Shown piece after piece: positions 1-6,994 of a stretch of 54,949 bases of DNA. Origin of the DNA: Minisyncoccota bacterium (GTDB taxonomy: Bacteria > Patescibacteriota > Minisyncoccia > Minisyncoccales > JAGOPM01); contig JBAZJI010000003.1 of assembly GCA_041651395.1 (NCBI GenBank), forward strand, positions 1-54,949. Reading direction: 5' to 3'. Below the pieces are notes generated by a model, which did no database searches, was not told the origin of the DNA, and saw nothing but the letters and a program-made list of their open reading frames with translations. Numbering within the stretch: position 1 is the first letter of the stretch; the number at the start of each line of letters is the position of its first letter. A program made the position numbers and the translations under genes.

Positions 1-573
1 TCCTTTATCTCTGGCCATCAAAGCCTTGGTAATCATCCCAGGTCTATCAGGGTCACGGTAATCCATAAATCCAGCGGTATCGCCCAGCGCAAGCAACTTG
101 GCCTCCGGCTTGCTGAACGTTCCAGCATCCCCAACCGGAGTGATAGCTTTTCCGAACACGGTATCGGTCGGGGTATCAGAATAAATATCTTCCGCCAACC
201 CCGCCATCTTTGCTACATTCCGCCTGGCTCTGTCAACAACCATAGACGCAGTATTATCCGGGGAAGTCCTGGCAGCCATCCCGGCAGAGAAGAGATTGAG
301 AGCTTTATACTCTTCTTTATTCAACTTGCCATTCGAGTACATATCTTTGGCCAGATCCGCAAAAGCCAGCGGGGAAGCAAAAGACTCCGGGATGTCGTTG
401 TCGAACTCCCCCGAGACTTTCTGGAACGCTTCATAAATAATCTGTGGCGTAAAAGCATATTGTTGTGCCAACTTATCACTCGCCGGGTTTTGTTCCAGAA
501 TAGACTTAACCACATCCACGAACGCCCCAGCTTGGCCCATCTCTCTATATTTATCCTCGGTATCAACCCCCAT
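1..573 (-). CDS. terL: Large terminase, N-terminal extension (5' part of an ORF that wraps the window junction and continues at 54949)
   Basis: ATG at 573 overlaps the stop of the upstream gene (ATGGGGGTTGA). 191 sense codons run off position 1 with no stop. Hand translation: MGVDTEDKYREMGQAGAFVDVVKSILEQNP...ITKALMARDKG. The frame is in phase with 54949..53180. Confidence 0.6.
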   Translation of the reverse strand, partial: MGVDTEDKYREMGQAGAFVDVVKSILEQNPASDKLAQQYAFTPQIIYEAFQKVSGEFDNDIPESFASPLAFADLAKDMYSNGKLNKEEYKALNLFSAGMAARTSPDNTASMVVDRARRNVAKMAGLAEDIYSDTPTDTVFGKAITPVGDAGTFSKPEAKLLALGDTAGFMDYRDPDRPGMITKALMARDKG

Positions 574-1162
574 TTTCTTCCTCCATTTGTTCCGCAGGCG
601 GTACTTCCTCCCCTTCGGAGTTTAGTACCATTGTTTTTCGTTTTCTCAACGCTGCTTCGTAGCTGTCGTCGGTGTCACCTTCCATTGGTTTCTTATAAGC
701 TGAACGGACCGCAGCAACTCTGTCCATAACTTCAAGAGCTAACCGGCCGCGGACGCCAGGAGCTACCCCCCGGTTCCGAATAATATCCAAAAGCTCATCG
801 GCCAGAAACGGTGCCGCGTCTTCCAGTTTATCCAACCCTCTCTGAAACGCGGTCTCAACTTGAGTACAAGCCCAGTCAAAATACTCCCCAAACTGTGGGT
901 CGACAGACCATTTCCGCAACGTCTGTGCGTGAACTCCCAACTCTTTACTCACCACACTAATCGGGTAGCCTTTGGCCAAAAGCTGCGCCGCTCTTTTGTG
1001 CATCTGGTTTAACTCTCCAGAGATTGTCTCTTCCACAATATATCTCGGCATCTCTGGCTGCGGCTCCAGGGGAGTGTAGTGAACCGGAACCATATTCGCC
1101 TTCCCCTTCAAGCCTTTCTTGGCTCCCTTTTCCGCCAGCTTGCTCTTTTCGCTTTTGTCCAT
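563..1162 (-). CDS. HTH DNA-binding protein, candidate small terminase subunit
   Basis: Internal ATG at 1162 (MDKSEKSKL...) preceded by GAGGCTAGG. Helix-turn-helix-like LLAKGYPISVVSKELGVHAQTLRKWS. Lies immediately upstream of and overlapping terL. The upstream part of the tracked 265-aa ORF is low-complexity. Confidence 0.5.
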   Translation of the reverse strand: MDKSEKSKLAEKGAKKGLKGKANMVPVHYTPLEPQPEMPRYIVEETISGELNQMHKRAAQLLAKGYPISVVSKELGVHAQTLRKWSVDPQFGEYFDWACTQVETAFQRGLDKLEDAAPFLADELLDIIRNRGVAPGVRGRLALEVMDRVAAVRSAYKKPMEGDTDDSYEAALRKRKTMVLNSEGEEVPPAEQMEEENGG

Positions 1163-1197
1163 TCCTAGCCTCACTTTCAGTTGTGCTTCTATATATA

Positions 1198-1225
1198 AGT
1201 ATAGCACACCCCAGAGGGCGTGCAA
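1198..1225 (-). promoter_or_regulatory. Candidate sigma70-type promoter for the late (terS-terL...) operon
   Basis: Minus strand reads TTGCAC-16 nt-TATACT, about 35 nt upstream of the 1162 start. Confidence 0.35.
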
Positions 1226-1469
1226 GAGTAATTCTATAATAATATAAAAATAAATTTTGCGCAAAAATGGTTGCTGGGGCGGACTTCGGCGGACAACGCT
1301 ACTTTTATACACTCCTATCTCTCCCCCATCTCTATTTTCCACACAAATGTATATAACCATCGATTTGGGATTTTGGGGCTAATGGGAGTCTCCCCTATTT
1401 TCTGGCCATCCCTCCCCCCGGTGGGGGTGTGTCTAGGGTGAGTAAGAGTATGCAGATATGAAAGAGTAA

Positions 1470-1497
1470 GGGTGTTAGGGCATAGGGCATAGGCGGG
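1470..1497 (+). other. Canonical G-quadruplex motif (GGG-N5-GGG-N4-GGG-N7-GGG) inside a C-depleted tract
   Basis: GGGtgttaGGGcataGGGcataggcGGG read directly. Function unknown. Confidence 0.5.
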
Positions 1498-1636
1498 AAG
1501 GAATAGTATATGTGTATAGGCTTGGGGGGAGAAGGATAGATGTGTATGCAAGGATAGGCAGGCAAGGCTTGAAGAAAAAAAAAGGAAGGGCTTTCCGGCT
1601 TGCTATCCTCTAACATCCCTTGTTTGATTGTGGCTC

Positions 1637-1664
1637 TGCATAAGCAATAGCGTATGCTTACGCA
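1637..1664. promoter_or_regulatory. Imperfect inverted repeat TGCATAAGCA-N8-TGCTTACGCA (operator-like)
   Basis: 10-bp arms with one mismatch. The 9-mer TGCATAAGC recurs inverted at 2666..2674. Confidence 0.35.
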
Positions 1665-1924
1665 TACATATTTATTACAGCAAGCAAACGCTTATGTAAA
1701 TATGTAAACAAATAATTATAAGCAGGCAAGGGCAGGGAGAGATATGCTTCCCCTTGCGGTCATGCGTCCTTTGCATTATTACACTATCATACATAGCATT
1801 ATTATACTGCAAGATTTGATACATTTTCATATTACCACACTTTGCTATTATACAACTAGCCATAACCTACCTCCCGGTAGCTTTTCGCTCCGCAAAAATA
1901 TTTCATATTTTTATACTTTCATAC

Positions 1925-1952
1925 TTGACATTATATCTCTCTCTGCTATAAT
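1925..1952 (+). promoter_or_regulatory. Near-consensus sigma70-type early promoter
   Basis: TTGACA (1925-1930), 16-nt spacer, TATAAT (1947-1952). First plus-strand gene follows at 2074. Confidence 0.55.
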
Positions 1953-2073
1953 CATAGTTAGCGGATATGCTCTTTGAAAAACCTGATTGCTTCGCAATCA
2001 CGACGTCTACACGCTTGAGTGTTTGCTCTGCAAACACAATAGAGTTGATGCAGACAGAAAGAAGGTTATCAGA

Positions 2074-2373
2074 ATGAAGAACGACACGCAAAAAGGGAAA
2101 GAAGTAAAGGCTAACACTACTCCGCAAATCAGCGCCGAAGAACGAATCAAAGCAATCCTAGCGAGCGACACAAGCAAGGCGAAAAGCGCAAAGCCCGAAA
2201 ATATCTGGATTGCCTACAAGGGCGACAGCGTCAACTACATGCAAGATGAAACGTGGAAAACGCTGAAAAAGGCACAACAAATTGCGAAGGGCAATAAAGG
2301 CGCGCAGATTTTAGCTCTGATTCTCCAAGAAAGCTCGCTCTTTCGCTCATTATGTGGAAACACTAAAGAGTAG
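2074..2373 (+). CDS. Hypothetical early protein
   Basis: ATG at 2074 (MKNDTQKGKE...) with GAAAGAAGG upstream. Followed by an intrinsic terminator. Confidence 0.6.
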   Translation: MKNDTQKGKEVKANTTPQISAEERIKAILASDTSKAKSAKPENIWIAYKGDSVNYMQDETWKTLKKAQQIAKGNKGAQILALILQESSLFRSLCGNTKE

Positions 2374-2540
2374 TTCGAAGCGTGTAAAGCCTGTTAAGCA
2401 GGCAAGGCCTAGGAAGCTCAAAAGGGGCAGTCATTCAAAGTTATCAATCACGCCCCTTGCATTAGATACACGCTTAGATAACAGGAGAGTAAACAGTATC
2501 GTTAGGTCAGCATATCCGCTTATAAAGACCTGACAGAATA

Positions 2541-2569
2541 GGGGAGAGCAAAAACGCTCTCCCCTTTTT
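2541..2569 (+). terminator. Rho-independent terminator
   Basis: GGGGAGAGC-aaaaac-GCTCTCCCC followed by TTTTT. Confidence 0.8.
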
Positions 2570-2599
2570 CTATTCAGCAAGCTTACGCTTGCTTTTCTT

Positions 2600-2675
2600 T
2601 TGCATAAATATATACATATAACCAAGCAATCAATAAAGCTATTGCATAAATGAATAGTAATATTTGCTTATGCAA
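2600..2675. promoter_or_regulatory. Three TTGCATAA boxes (two direct, one inverted) upstream of the 2735 gene
   Basis: TTGCATAA at 2600-2607 and 2642-2649. TTATGCAA at 2668-2675. Confidence 0.35.
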
Positions 2676-2734
2676 TATCTTTATACACAATGCCAAGCTT
2701 ATTCACTCCACAACTCTTGATTTTGGGAGGACGT

Positions 2735-3076
2735 ATGAGGACAAAACATAGACGGCTTACACAAGAGGAGAAGCGTAAAAGGTTGGGAGCAAAGCCACTA
2801 TCGCTAAAACGTTGGGAACCAGAAACAAAGAAGGGTGATAATACTGTGGCTTTGGTTAAACATATGTTAGAGATGCCAGAGTTAAAGCCCAACAAAGAAG
2901 AGAAGTTGTTGGGGAATATTATGGGGTTTGTTTTGGGATATAAGATGCCCAAGAAAGGGACTTGTGAAGCACAACCACAAAAGCCTTGCTTGCTACGCAA
3001 ACGGGATGAGATACCGTTGTACAAATGCACAGGTAAAAGAGTTGTGGTTAGTGCAGGCGGGTTAGTGATTAAGTAG
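2735..3076 (+). CDS. Hypothetical basic protein
   Basis: ATG at 2735 preceded by GGGAGG. Lys/Arg-rich N-terminus (MRTKHRRLTQEEKRKRLG). Confidence 0.6.
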   Translation: MRTKHRRLTQEEKRKRLGAKPLSLKRWEPETKKGDNTVALVKHMLEMPELKPNKEEKLLGNIMGFVLGYKMPKKGTCEAQPQKPCLLRKRDEIPLYKCTGKRVVVSAGGLVIK

Positions 3077-3178
3077 CCTTTCAAGCCACGTTCGTGGCTA
3101 TAATCTTCCATAATGCTAGCATACGGTCGGGAGATAGGATGCTAGTGTCTTAGTCCTGGAAACAAAGGAGTAAAAAAA

Positions 3179-3340
3179 ATGAGATATAACTCACGGCCCA
3201 AGAATAGTATTGCTTGGGTTTTTGAGCAAATGTTGGCGATAATATTTAACAACGTTGTGGTTGTGGATATAGAGGTAATGGGGATGCAAGGAGAAGAGTT
3301 GGATGTACAGTTAGTGGTTAAACAGGAAAGGAGAGAGTAA
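3179..3340 (+). CDS. Hypothetical small protein (53 aa)
   Basis: Below the ORF-track cutoff, hand-translated. AAAGGAG SD 9 nt upstream. The stop overlaps the next ATG. Confidence 0.5.
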   Translation: MRYNSRPKNSIAWVFEQMLAIIFNNVVVVDIEVMGMQGEELDVQLVVKQERRE

Positions 3341-3510
3341 TGAAACTGATGCAGGTTGGGGATAATGTTGTGGGGGCAAATGTGGTGTTGGTTGCCATGC
3401 TTACAGCCGTGGACTGGTTACTGTGCAACTATAGATTCATGCAGATGTTGCAGCCGGTTAATGATTTACTTGTGTGGGCGGTGAGAAAGTATGGAAGGAT
3501 TATTATATAA
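3340..3510 (+). CDS. Hypothetical small membrane protein (56 aa)
   Basis: Hand-translated. ATG overlaps the preceding TAA. AGGAGAG upstream. Hydrophobic core VVGANVVLVAMLTAVDWLL. Confidence 0.5.
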   Translation: MKLMQVGDNVVGANVVLVAMLTAVDWLLCNYRFMQMLQPVNDLLVWAVRKYGRIII

Positions 3511-3528
3511 CCAAGAAAGGAGGAAGCC

Positions 3529-3672
3529 ATGATTACTATGACGCAACCAGAAACAATAGACGCCGTGAAGTATATCGCGGATATGGATGAACAACCTTTG
3601 GAGGAAGCATTCACTTTGGTGGCGGAAGATGAAGTGAGTGTGGATGTGTGGGAGGAGGAATGCAAGCGATAA
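3529..3672 (+). CDS. Hypothetical small acidic protein (47 aa)
   Basis: Hand-translated. AAGGAGGAAGCC-ATG. Confidence 0.5.
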   Translation: MITMTQPETIDAVKYIADMDEQPLEEAFTLVAEDEVSVDVWEEECKR

Positions 3673-3920
3673 TAACAAAGTATTTAGCGCCGACAGATTT
3701 CTGTGGGGCAAGGATTAGTGCAAGAGCGGCAGCGGGGGTAATAGTTGTTCAGTATAGGTTCAACTTGAATAATATTGATAACCACAAACGCGCAGCCAAG
3801 GCTTTCGCAAAGAAGTATGCTTGGGCAGGAACGTTTTATGGTGGGAGTATTCGTTTTGGTTCGGAAATGGTGTGGGTTGCGGGAGATACCAAGTATAAAT
3901 TTGTTAGGAGGAAGCCATGA
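3660..3920 (+). CDS. Hypothetical protein
   Basis: ATG at 3660 directly after GGAGGAGGA (MQAIITKYLAPTDFCGARI...). In frame with tracked ORF 3648..3920. Confidence 0.6.
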   Translation: MQAIITKYLAPTDFCGARISARAAAGVIVVQYRFNLNNIDNHKRAAKAFAKKYAWAGTFYGGSIRFGSEMVWVAGDTKYKFVRRKP

Positions 3921-4060
3921 AAATAAACGATAAGCAAAGAGAGTTATGGGAACAGTGGAATGAGCAGACGGAGAAAGCAGGCACAATAGAACGGGTGCTT
4001 TGTGGTATAATATTATGTATATCAACATTATTGATAGCCGCATGTGTTCATGCGTGGTAG
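3917..4060 (+). CDS. Hypothetical small protein with C-terminal TM helix (47 aa)
   Basis: Hand-translated. ATGA overlap with the previous stop. AGGAGGAAGCC SD. Confidence 0.5.
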   Translation: MKINDKQRELWEQWNEQTEKAGTIERVLCGIILCISTLLIAACVHAW

Positions 4061-4072
4061 AAGGAGGAAGCA

Positions 4073-4279
4073 ATGACCAACAAAGAGTATATGCAAACGA
4101 GTGGTGGATTTCAGTCGGACTGCCGTTCGGTAAACTTAATGCCAACTGTGCGACAAGCGTCCAAGTATCGGCGTGGGTTGGGAATTGTTTACAAGTTGTG
4201 TGTTGTTGGGAAGTTTAAAGATGGGAGTACGATTCCCAAAGTTATCGCCAATCTTCCCAAAGAAAGAAAGATTTCCTAG
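4073..4279 (+). CDS. Hypothetical protein
   Basis: AAGGAGGAAGCA-ATG. Tracked ORF. Confidence 0.6.
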   Translation: MTNKEYMQTSGGFQSDCRSVNLMPTVRQASKYRRGLGIVYKLCVVGKFKDGSTIPKVIANLPKERKIS

Positions 4280-4299
4280 CGTGCGTGTTGTTTTGGTAA

Positions 4300-4333
4300 C
4301 AAGAGTGGGGGGAAGGCACAGCCCCCACTCTTG
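4300..4333 (+). terminator. 12-bp GC-rich hairpin (terminator-like, no clear U tract)
   Basis: CAAGAGTGGGGG-N10-CCCCCACTCTTG, 20 nt after the 4279 stop. Confidence 0.4.
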
Positions 4334-4356
4334 GAATAAAATAGAGGAATAAATAA

Positions 4357-4530
4357 ATGATTAAAGAAATGATTAAAGAAATGATTAAAGAAATGCGCGT
4401 GTGTTTATATATACTAGCTTTTGTGTTATTCTATTGGGACAGACCATGCTTTATTCTACAAGATGTGTTATTAATAACTATGTTGGCTATAGTTATAAAC
4501 ACATTGGGGAAAATGGTAGTAAAACCATGA
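4357..4530 (+). CDS. Small membrane protein with (MIKE)x3 N-terminus (57 aa)
   Basis: Hand-translated. Begins with three tandem copies of ATGATTAAAGAA. Two hydrophobic segments. Preferred over tracked ORF 4401..4622 in another frame. Confidence 0.45.
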   Translation: MIKEMIKEMIKEMRVCLYILAFVLFYWDRPCFILQDVLLITMLAIVINTLGKMVVKP

Positions 4531-4542
4531 GGTTAGAGGTAG

Positions 4543-4860
4543 AGTGTTATAGTGACATGTTTAGAGTTTACATCAGGCCCCCGCGTTCATGTAAACATAA
4601 CACTCTTATATTATTAGACTAGGGCATATAAGCATATGCAATCATTGAGTAATCTCGTAATTCACTTATGGGGTGCCCGGCACTTTCTCCTTATGCTATA
4701 TAGTATAAAAAAAATATATATAATAAAAGATATAGCTAATCAACATAAAAAAAGCCCGTCCCTGCAATCCCGTATAATCGCTCCGTTTTTTGCAGTATAA
4801 TAATGTCATGTTTACGTCACGCCCTCCCCCTGATGTAAACTCTAAACATAACACTATCAT
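4543..4860. repeat. Inverted-repeat complex flanking an AT-rich core (candidate origin or control region)
   Basis: 21-bp perfect inverted repeat: ATGTTTAGAGTTTACATCAGG (4557-4577) and CCTGATGTAAACTCTAAACAT (4829-4849). Arms extend imperfectly to about 50 bp. Several GTTTACAT/ATGTAAAC boxes. A/T run at 4696-4755. Confidence 0.7.
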
Positions 4861-4945
4861 ACTCTCACTGGTTTTATCAACCATTTCGCGTTTGTTTGGG
4901 TTTAGTAGCCGTTGATATAAATATATAGTTGGCAGCAGCATTTTA

Positions 4946-4963
4946 CCCGGCGCGCTAGCGCCA
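4946..4963 (+). promoter_or_regulatory. Conserved GC hairpin (copy 1) ahead of duplicated gene pair
   Basis: ACCCGGCGCGctAGCGCCA. 17/19 nt identical to 5842..5860, with the differences in the loop. Confidence 0.5.
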
Positions 4964-4979
4964 CAGTTTAGGCAAGTGG

Positions 4980-4996
4980 TATCCCTATTAGGGATA
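4980..4996. promoter_or_regulatory. Perfect 17-nt palindrome TATCCCTA-T-TAGGGATA (operator-like)
   Basis: Read directly. Lies 28 nt upstream of ATG 5024. Confidence 0.4.
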
Positions 4997-5023
4997 GATA
5001 ATACCATAACAAAAGGAGGTTTT

Positions 5024-5392
5024 ATGTTGGCGTATAAAGTTGTTGGGGTGCGTGACCGTGTTCTCGTGTCGGCGTATGAACTTCATCATAGACTGGAGTA
5101 CCACCCAGGTTGGCGGACAGTGCCAGAGCTTGGGGAGTTATTTGTGTTCACAAACTTCTTTGCTGCACAGTTGTACACATTGTTAACCACATCAGAAGTC
5201 CAACTATGGACTTGTGAATGCAATCATATTACTCCGTTGGAATTCTCGCCGGCAAGTTCCCTTGTGTACAAAATGTTTTGGTACTACTTTTACAAAGGGA
5301 TAGTCCCACATTTCTCAACACCAGATTTATTTGTTACCCCAGCTGGCACAGCTGTGACTGGGTGGGTGAAGCTGGTTAAAAGATTACTATAA
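5024..5392 (+). CDS. Hypothetical protein, family A copy 1
   Basis: ATG 5024 after AAAAGGAGG. Paralog of 5915..6343 (AYKVVGVRDRVLVSAY vs AWKVVALVDNKFLSAW). Confidence 0.65.
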   Translation: MLAYKVVGVRDRVLVSAYELHHRLEYHPGWRTVPELGELFVFTNFFAAQLYTLLTTSEVQLWTCECNHITPLEFSPASSLVYKMFWYYFYKGIVPHFSTPDLFVTPAGTAVTGWVKLVKRLL

Positions 5393-5419
5393 CCATAACA
5401 TTATTACAGGAGGATTAGT

Positions 5420-5842
5420 ATGTGCTTAGACAAAGTAATAAACTACTGGCCAAAACTAAGCCATTGTGTTGGCTACAAAATCTTTCTTAAAGAGATTCCC
5501 GAACGTGTTCACACTCTAAACCAAGCATATCGGCGTGACATTGGTGACTACTTTGGTGTAGAATTATGTAGCTCCAGTATCATGCCCACCGAAGGCATCC
5601 ATTTCTTCTACAACTATCTGGACGCTGCAAGATGGATAGACATAGAAACTGGCGCAGGCTACTGGCGCTGGTCCGACGGTCGCTACGTTGTCCGCCGAGT
5701 CGCTTGCTATGATGTACAGTTGGAAGGGATTTGGTACTCACGTTTTGCAATGGAACAAGACCTCGGTGTTACCTACAACTACCGCTGTGGCGTAGCCAAA
5801 CGAATTGTGTTGCTTCAAGGTAACGAGTTGTTGGCTGACTAA
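5420..5842 (+). CDS. Hypothetical protein, family B copy 1
   Basis: CAGGAGG SD. Paralog of 6346..6771 (GYKIFLKE/GYKVFLQP, GIHFFYNYLDAARWI/GVHFFLSKSIAQKWI). Confidence 0.7.
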   Translation: MCLDKVINYWPKLSHCVGYKIFLKEIPERVHTLNQAYRRDIGDYFGVELCSSSIMPTEGIHFFYNYLDAARWIDIETGAGYWRWSDGRYVVRRVACYDVQLEGIWYSRFAMEQDLGVTYNYRCGVAKRIVLLQGNELLAD

Positions 5843-5860
5843 CCCGGCGCGACAGCGCCA
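5842..5860 (+). promoter_or_regulatory. Conserved GC hairpin (copy 2)
   Basis: ACCCGGCGCGacAGCGCCA immediately after the 5842 stop. Confidence 0.5.
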
Positions 5861-5914
5861 GGTGAGGACATCTTTCTCAACAATGCTGTTAACAGTAATC
5901 AAGGAGGATTGTTT

Positions 5915-6343
5915 ATGAACCGTGGCTTATTCCTGTTAGATATATGGCAAGACGCCTGGAAGGTGGTGGCTCTGGTTGACAACAAGTTTCTTTCTGCTTG
6001 GGTTCAGGATATACCACAGCTTTGTATTGAGTACAAACCCAATCATCCACACGCAATGGTGTTTGTATTCAGCAAGTACGGAGCGGCCGAGTATTTTTGC
6101 CATACCATAAAACGTATATTGGGTTCAGAGAAGTATATAGTCAAAGTAAAGACACTATATTCCTTCAAACCAAAATATATTCTTGAAGCCAATTATTCCA
6201 GCATGGCACGCTTTTCCAGACGAGAAGCAAATGGATTATTGCGTAATCCTTATAGCAAGAATTTCCGGGTTAATTACTATGCTGTCCCAATATCTGGGAC
6301 ACGTGTGGCAGAATACATCTGGTTCCCCCAAGGAAAGGAGTAA
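5915..6343 (+). CDS. Hypothetical protein, family A copy 2
   Basis: ATG 5915, 6 nt after AAGGAGGA. The tracked start at 5909 is a TTG. Confidence 0.65.
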   Translation: MNRGLFLLDIWQDAWKVVALVDNKFLSAWVQDIPQLCIEYKPNHPHAMVFVFSKYGAAEYFCHTIKRILGSEKYIVKVKTLYSFKPKYILEANYSSMARFSRREANGLLRNPYSKNFRVNYYAVPISGTRVAEYIWFPQGKE

Positions 6344-6345
6344 AC

Positions 6346-6771
6346 ATGGGCTTATCACAGCATGCTGACCAGCAAGTTAAAGATATACATATAACACACG
6401 GCTACAAAGTGTTTCTTCAACCACAACCCGGCACGCTAATGACTCTTAATCCAAACTATAGAGTAACCATCCCCGACAAATCCGGCGAGGTTATTAGTAT
6501 CCCGAAAGGACTACTCTGGTGGTCTACTCAAGGAGTACACTTCTTTCTGTCCAAAAGTATTGCGCAAAAATGGATATACGAAGTTGGCTATGGAGAGAAC
6601 GGGACATGGCCTAACTGGATATGGGCTAGGGAGTTACAAAAGGGTGCGTTGTATATCCCACGTGAAGTATTGATTACCGAGTTGTGCTGTGTTGGTGAAT
6701 GGCAGATAGACCACTACGCTGTGGAATATAACTATCTAACCGGCATCTGTTGCCAAGTAACTCTTTTATAG
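6346..6771 (+). CDS. Hypothetical protein, family B copy 2
   Basis: AAGGAG SD. Paralogy with 5420..5842. Confidence 0.7.
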   Translation: MGLSQHADQQVKDIHITHGYKVFLQPQPGTLMTLNPNYRVTIPDKSGEVISIPKGLLWWSTQGVHFFLSKSIAQKWIYEVGYGENGTWPNWIWARELQKGALYIPREVLITELCCVGEWQIDHYAVEYNYLTGICCQVTLL

Positions 6772-6784
6772 AAAGGAGTCCCAA

Positions 6785-6994
6785 GTGAAACCTCTCACCA
6801 TCAGCGTTAGTTATCGTGGTTGCCTCGCTGCCAAAGTGGATATAAAAGATATGTTTACTAAGTGGAAAACAATAACCAACGCTTCCCCCGAACTACAGCA
6901 ACACATCCGCCAACAATGGGAGGATGGAATGGTTGACATCCACGTTCCACTCCCAAAGTTTTTCCAGAAACAGTATTCCAAAAAGGAGGACTAA
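6785..6994 (+). CDS. Hypothetical protein
   Basis: GTG start after GAAAGGAG. Confidence 0.55.
   Translation: MKPLTISVSYRGCLAAKVDIKDMFTKWKTITNASPELQQHIRQQWEDGMVDIHVPLPKFFQKQYSKKED

Noticed and set aside
563-1162. HTH protein as a CI/Cro-type lysogeny regulator, and the genome as temperate
   Set aside because: No integrase, excisionase, recombinase or divergent repressor pair was found. The gene is translationally coupled to terL, which fits a small terminase better.
1315-1616. Tracked minus-strand ORFs (1315..1551, 1395..1616) and the long N-terminal part of 563..1360
   Set aside because: They translate the C-depleted repeat tract into low-complexity P/L/H/T-rich strings and have no Shine-Dalgarno. 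The real gene starts at the internal ATG at 1162.
1361-4975. Low density of long ORFs, raising the possibility of stop-codon reassignment or a large non-coding block
   Set aside because: Hand translation shows 3179-4530 is tightly packed with 47-90-aa genes in the standard code, each with an AGGAGG-type SD and overlapping stops and starts. All late genes are intact in the standard code.
4401-5007. Tracked ORFs 4401..4622 (+) and 4696..5007 (-)
   Set aside because: Neither has an SD. Both run through the inverted-repeat arms and the A/T-rich core. The SD-preceded 4357..4530 frame explains the left part better.
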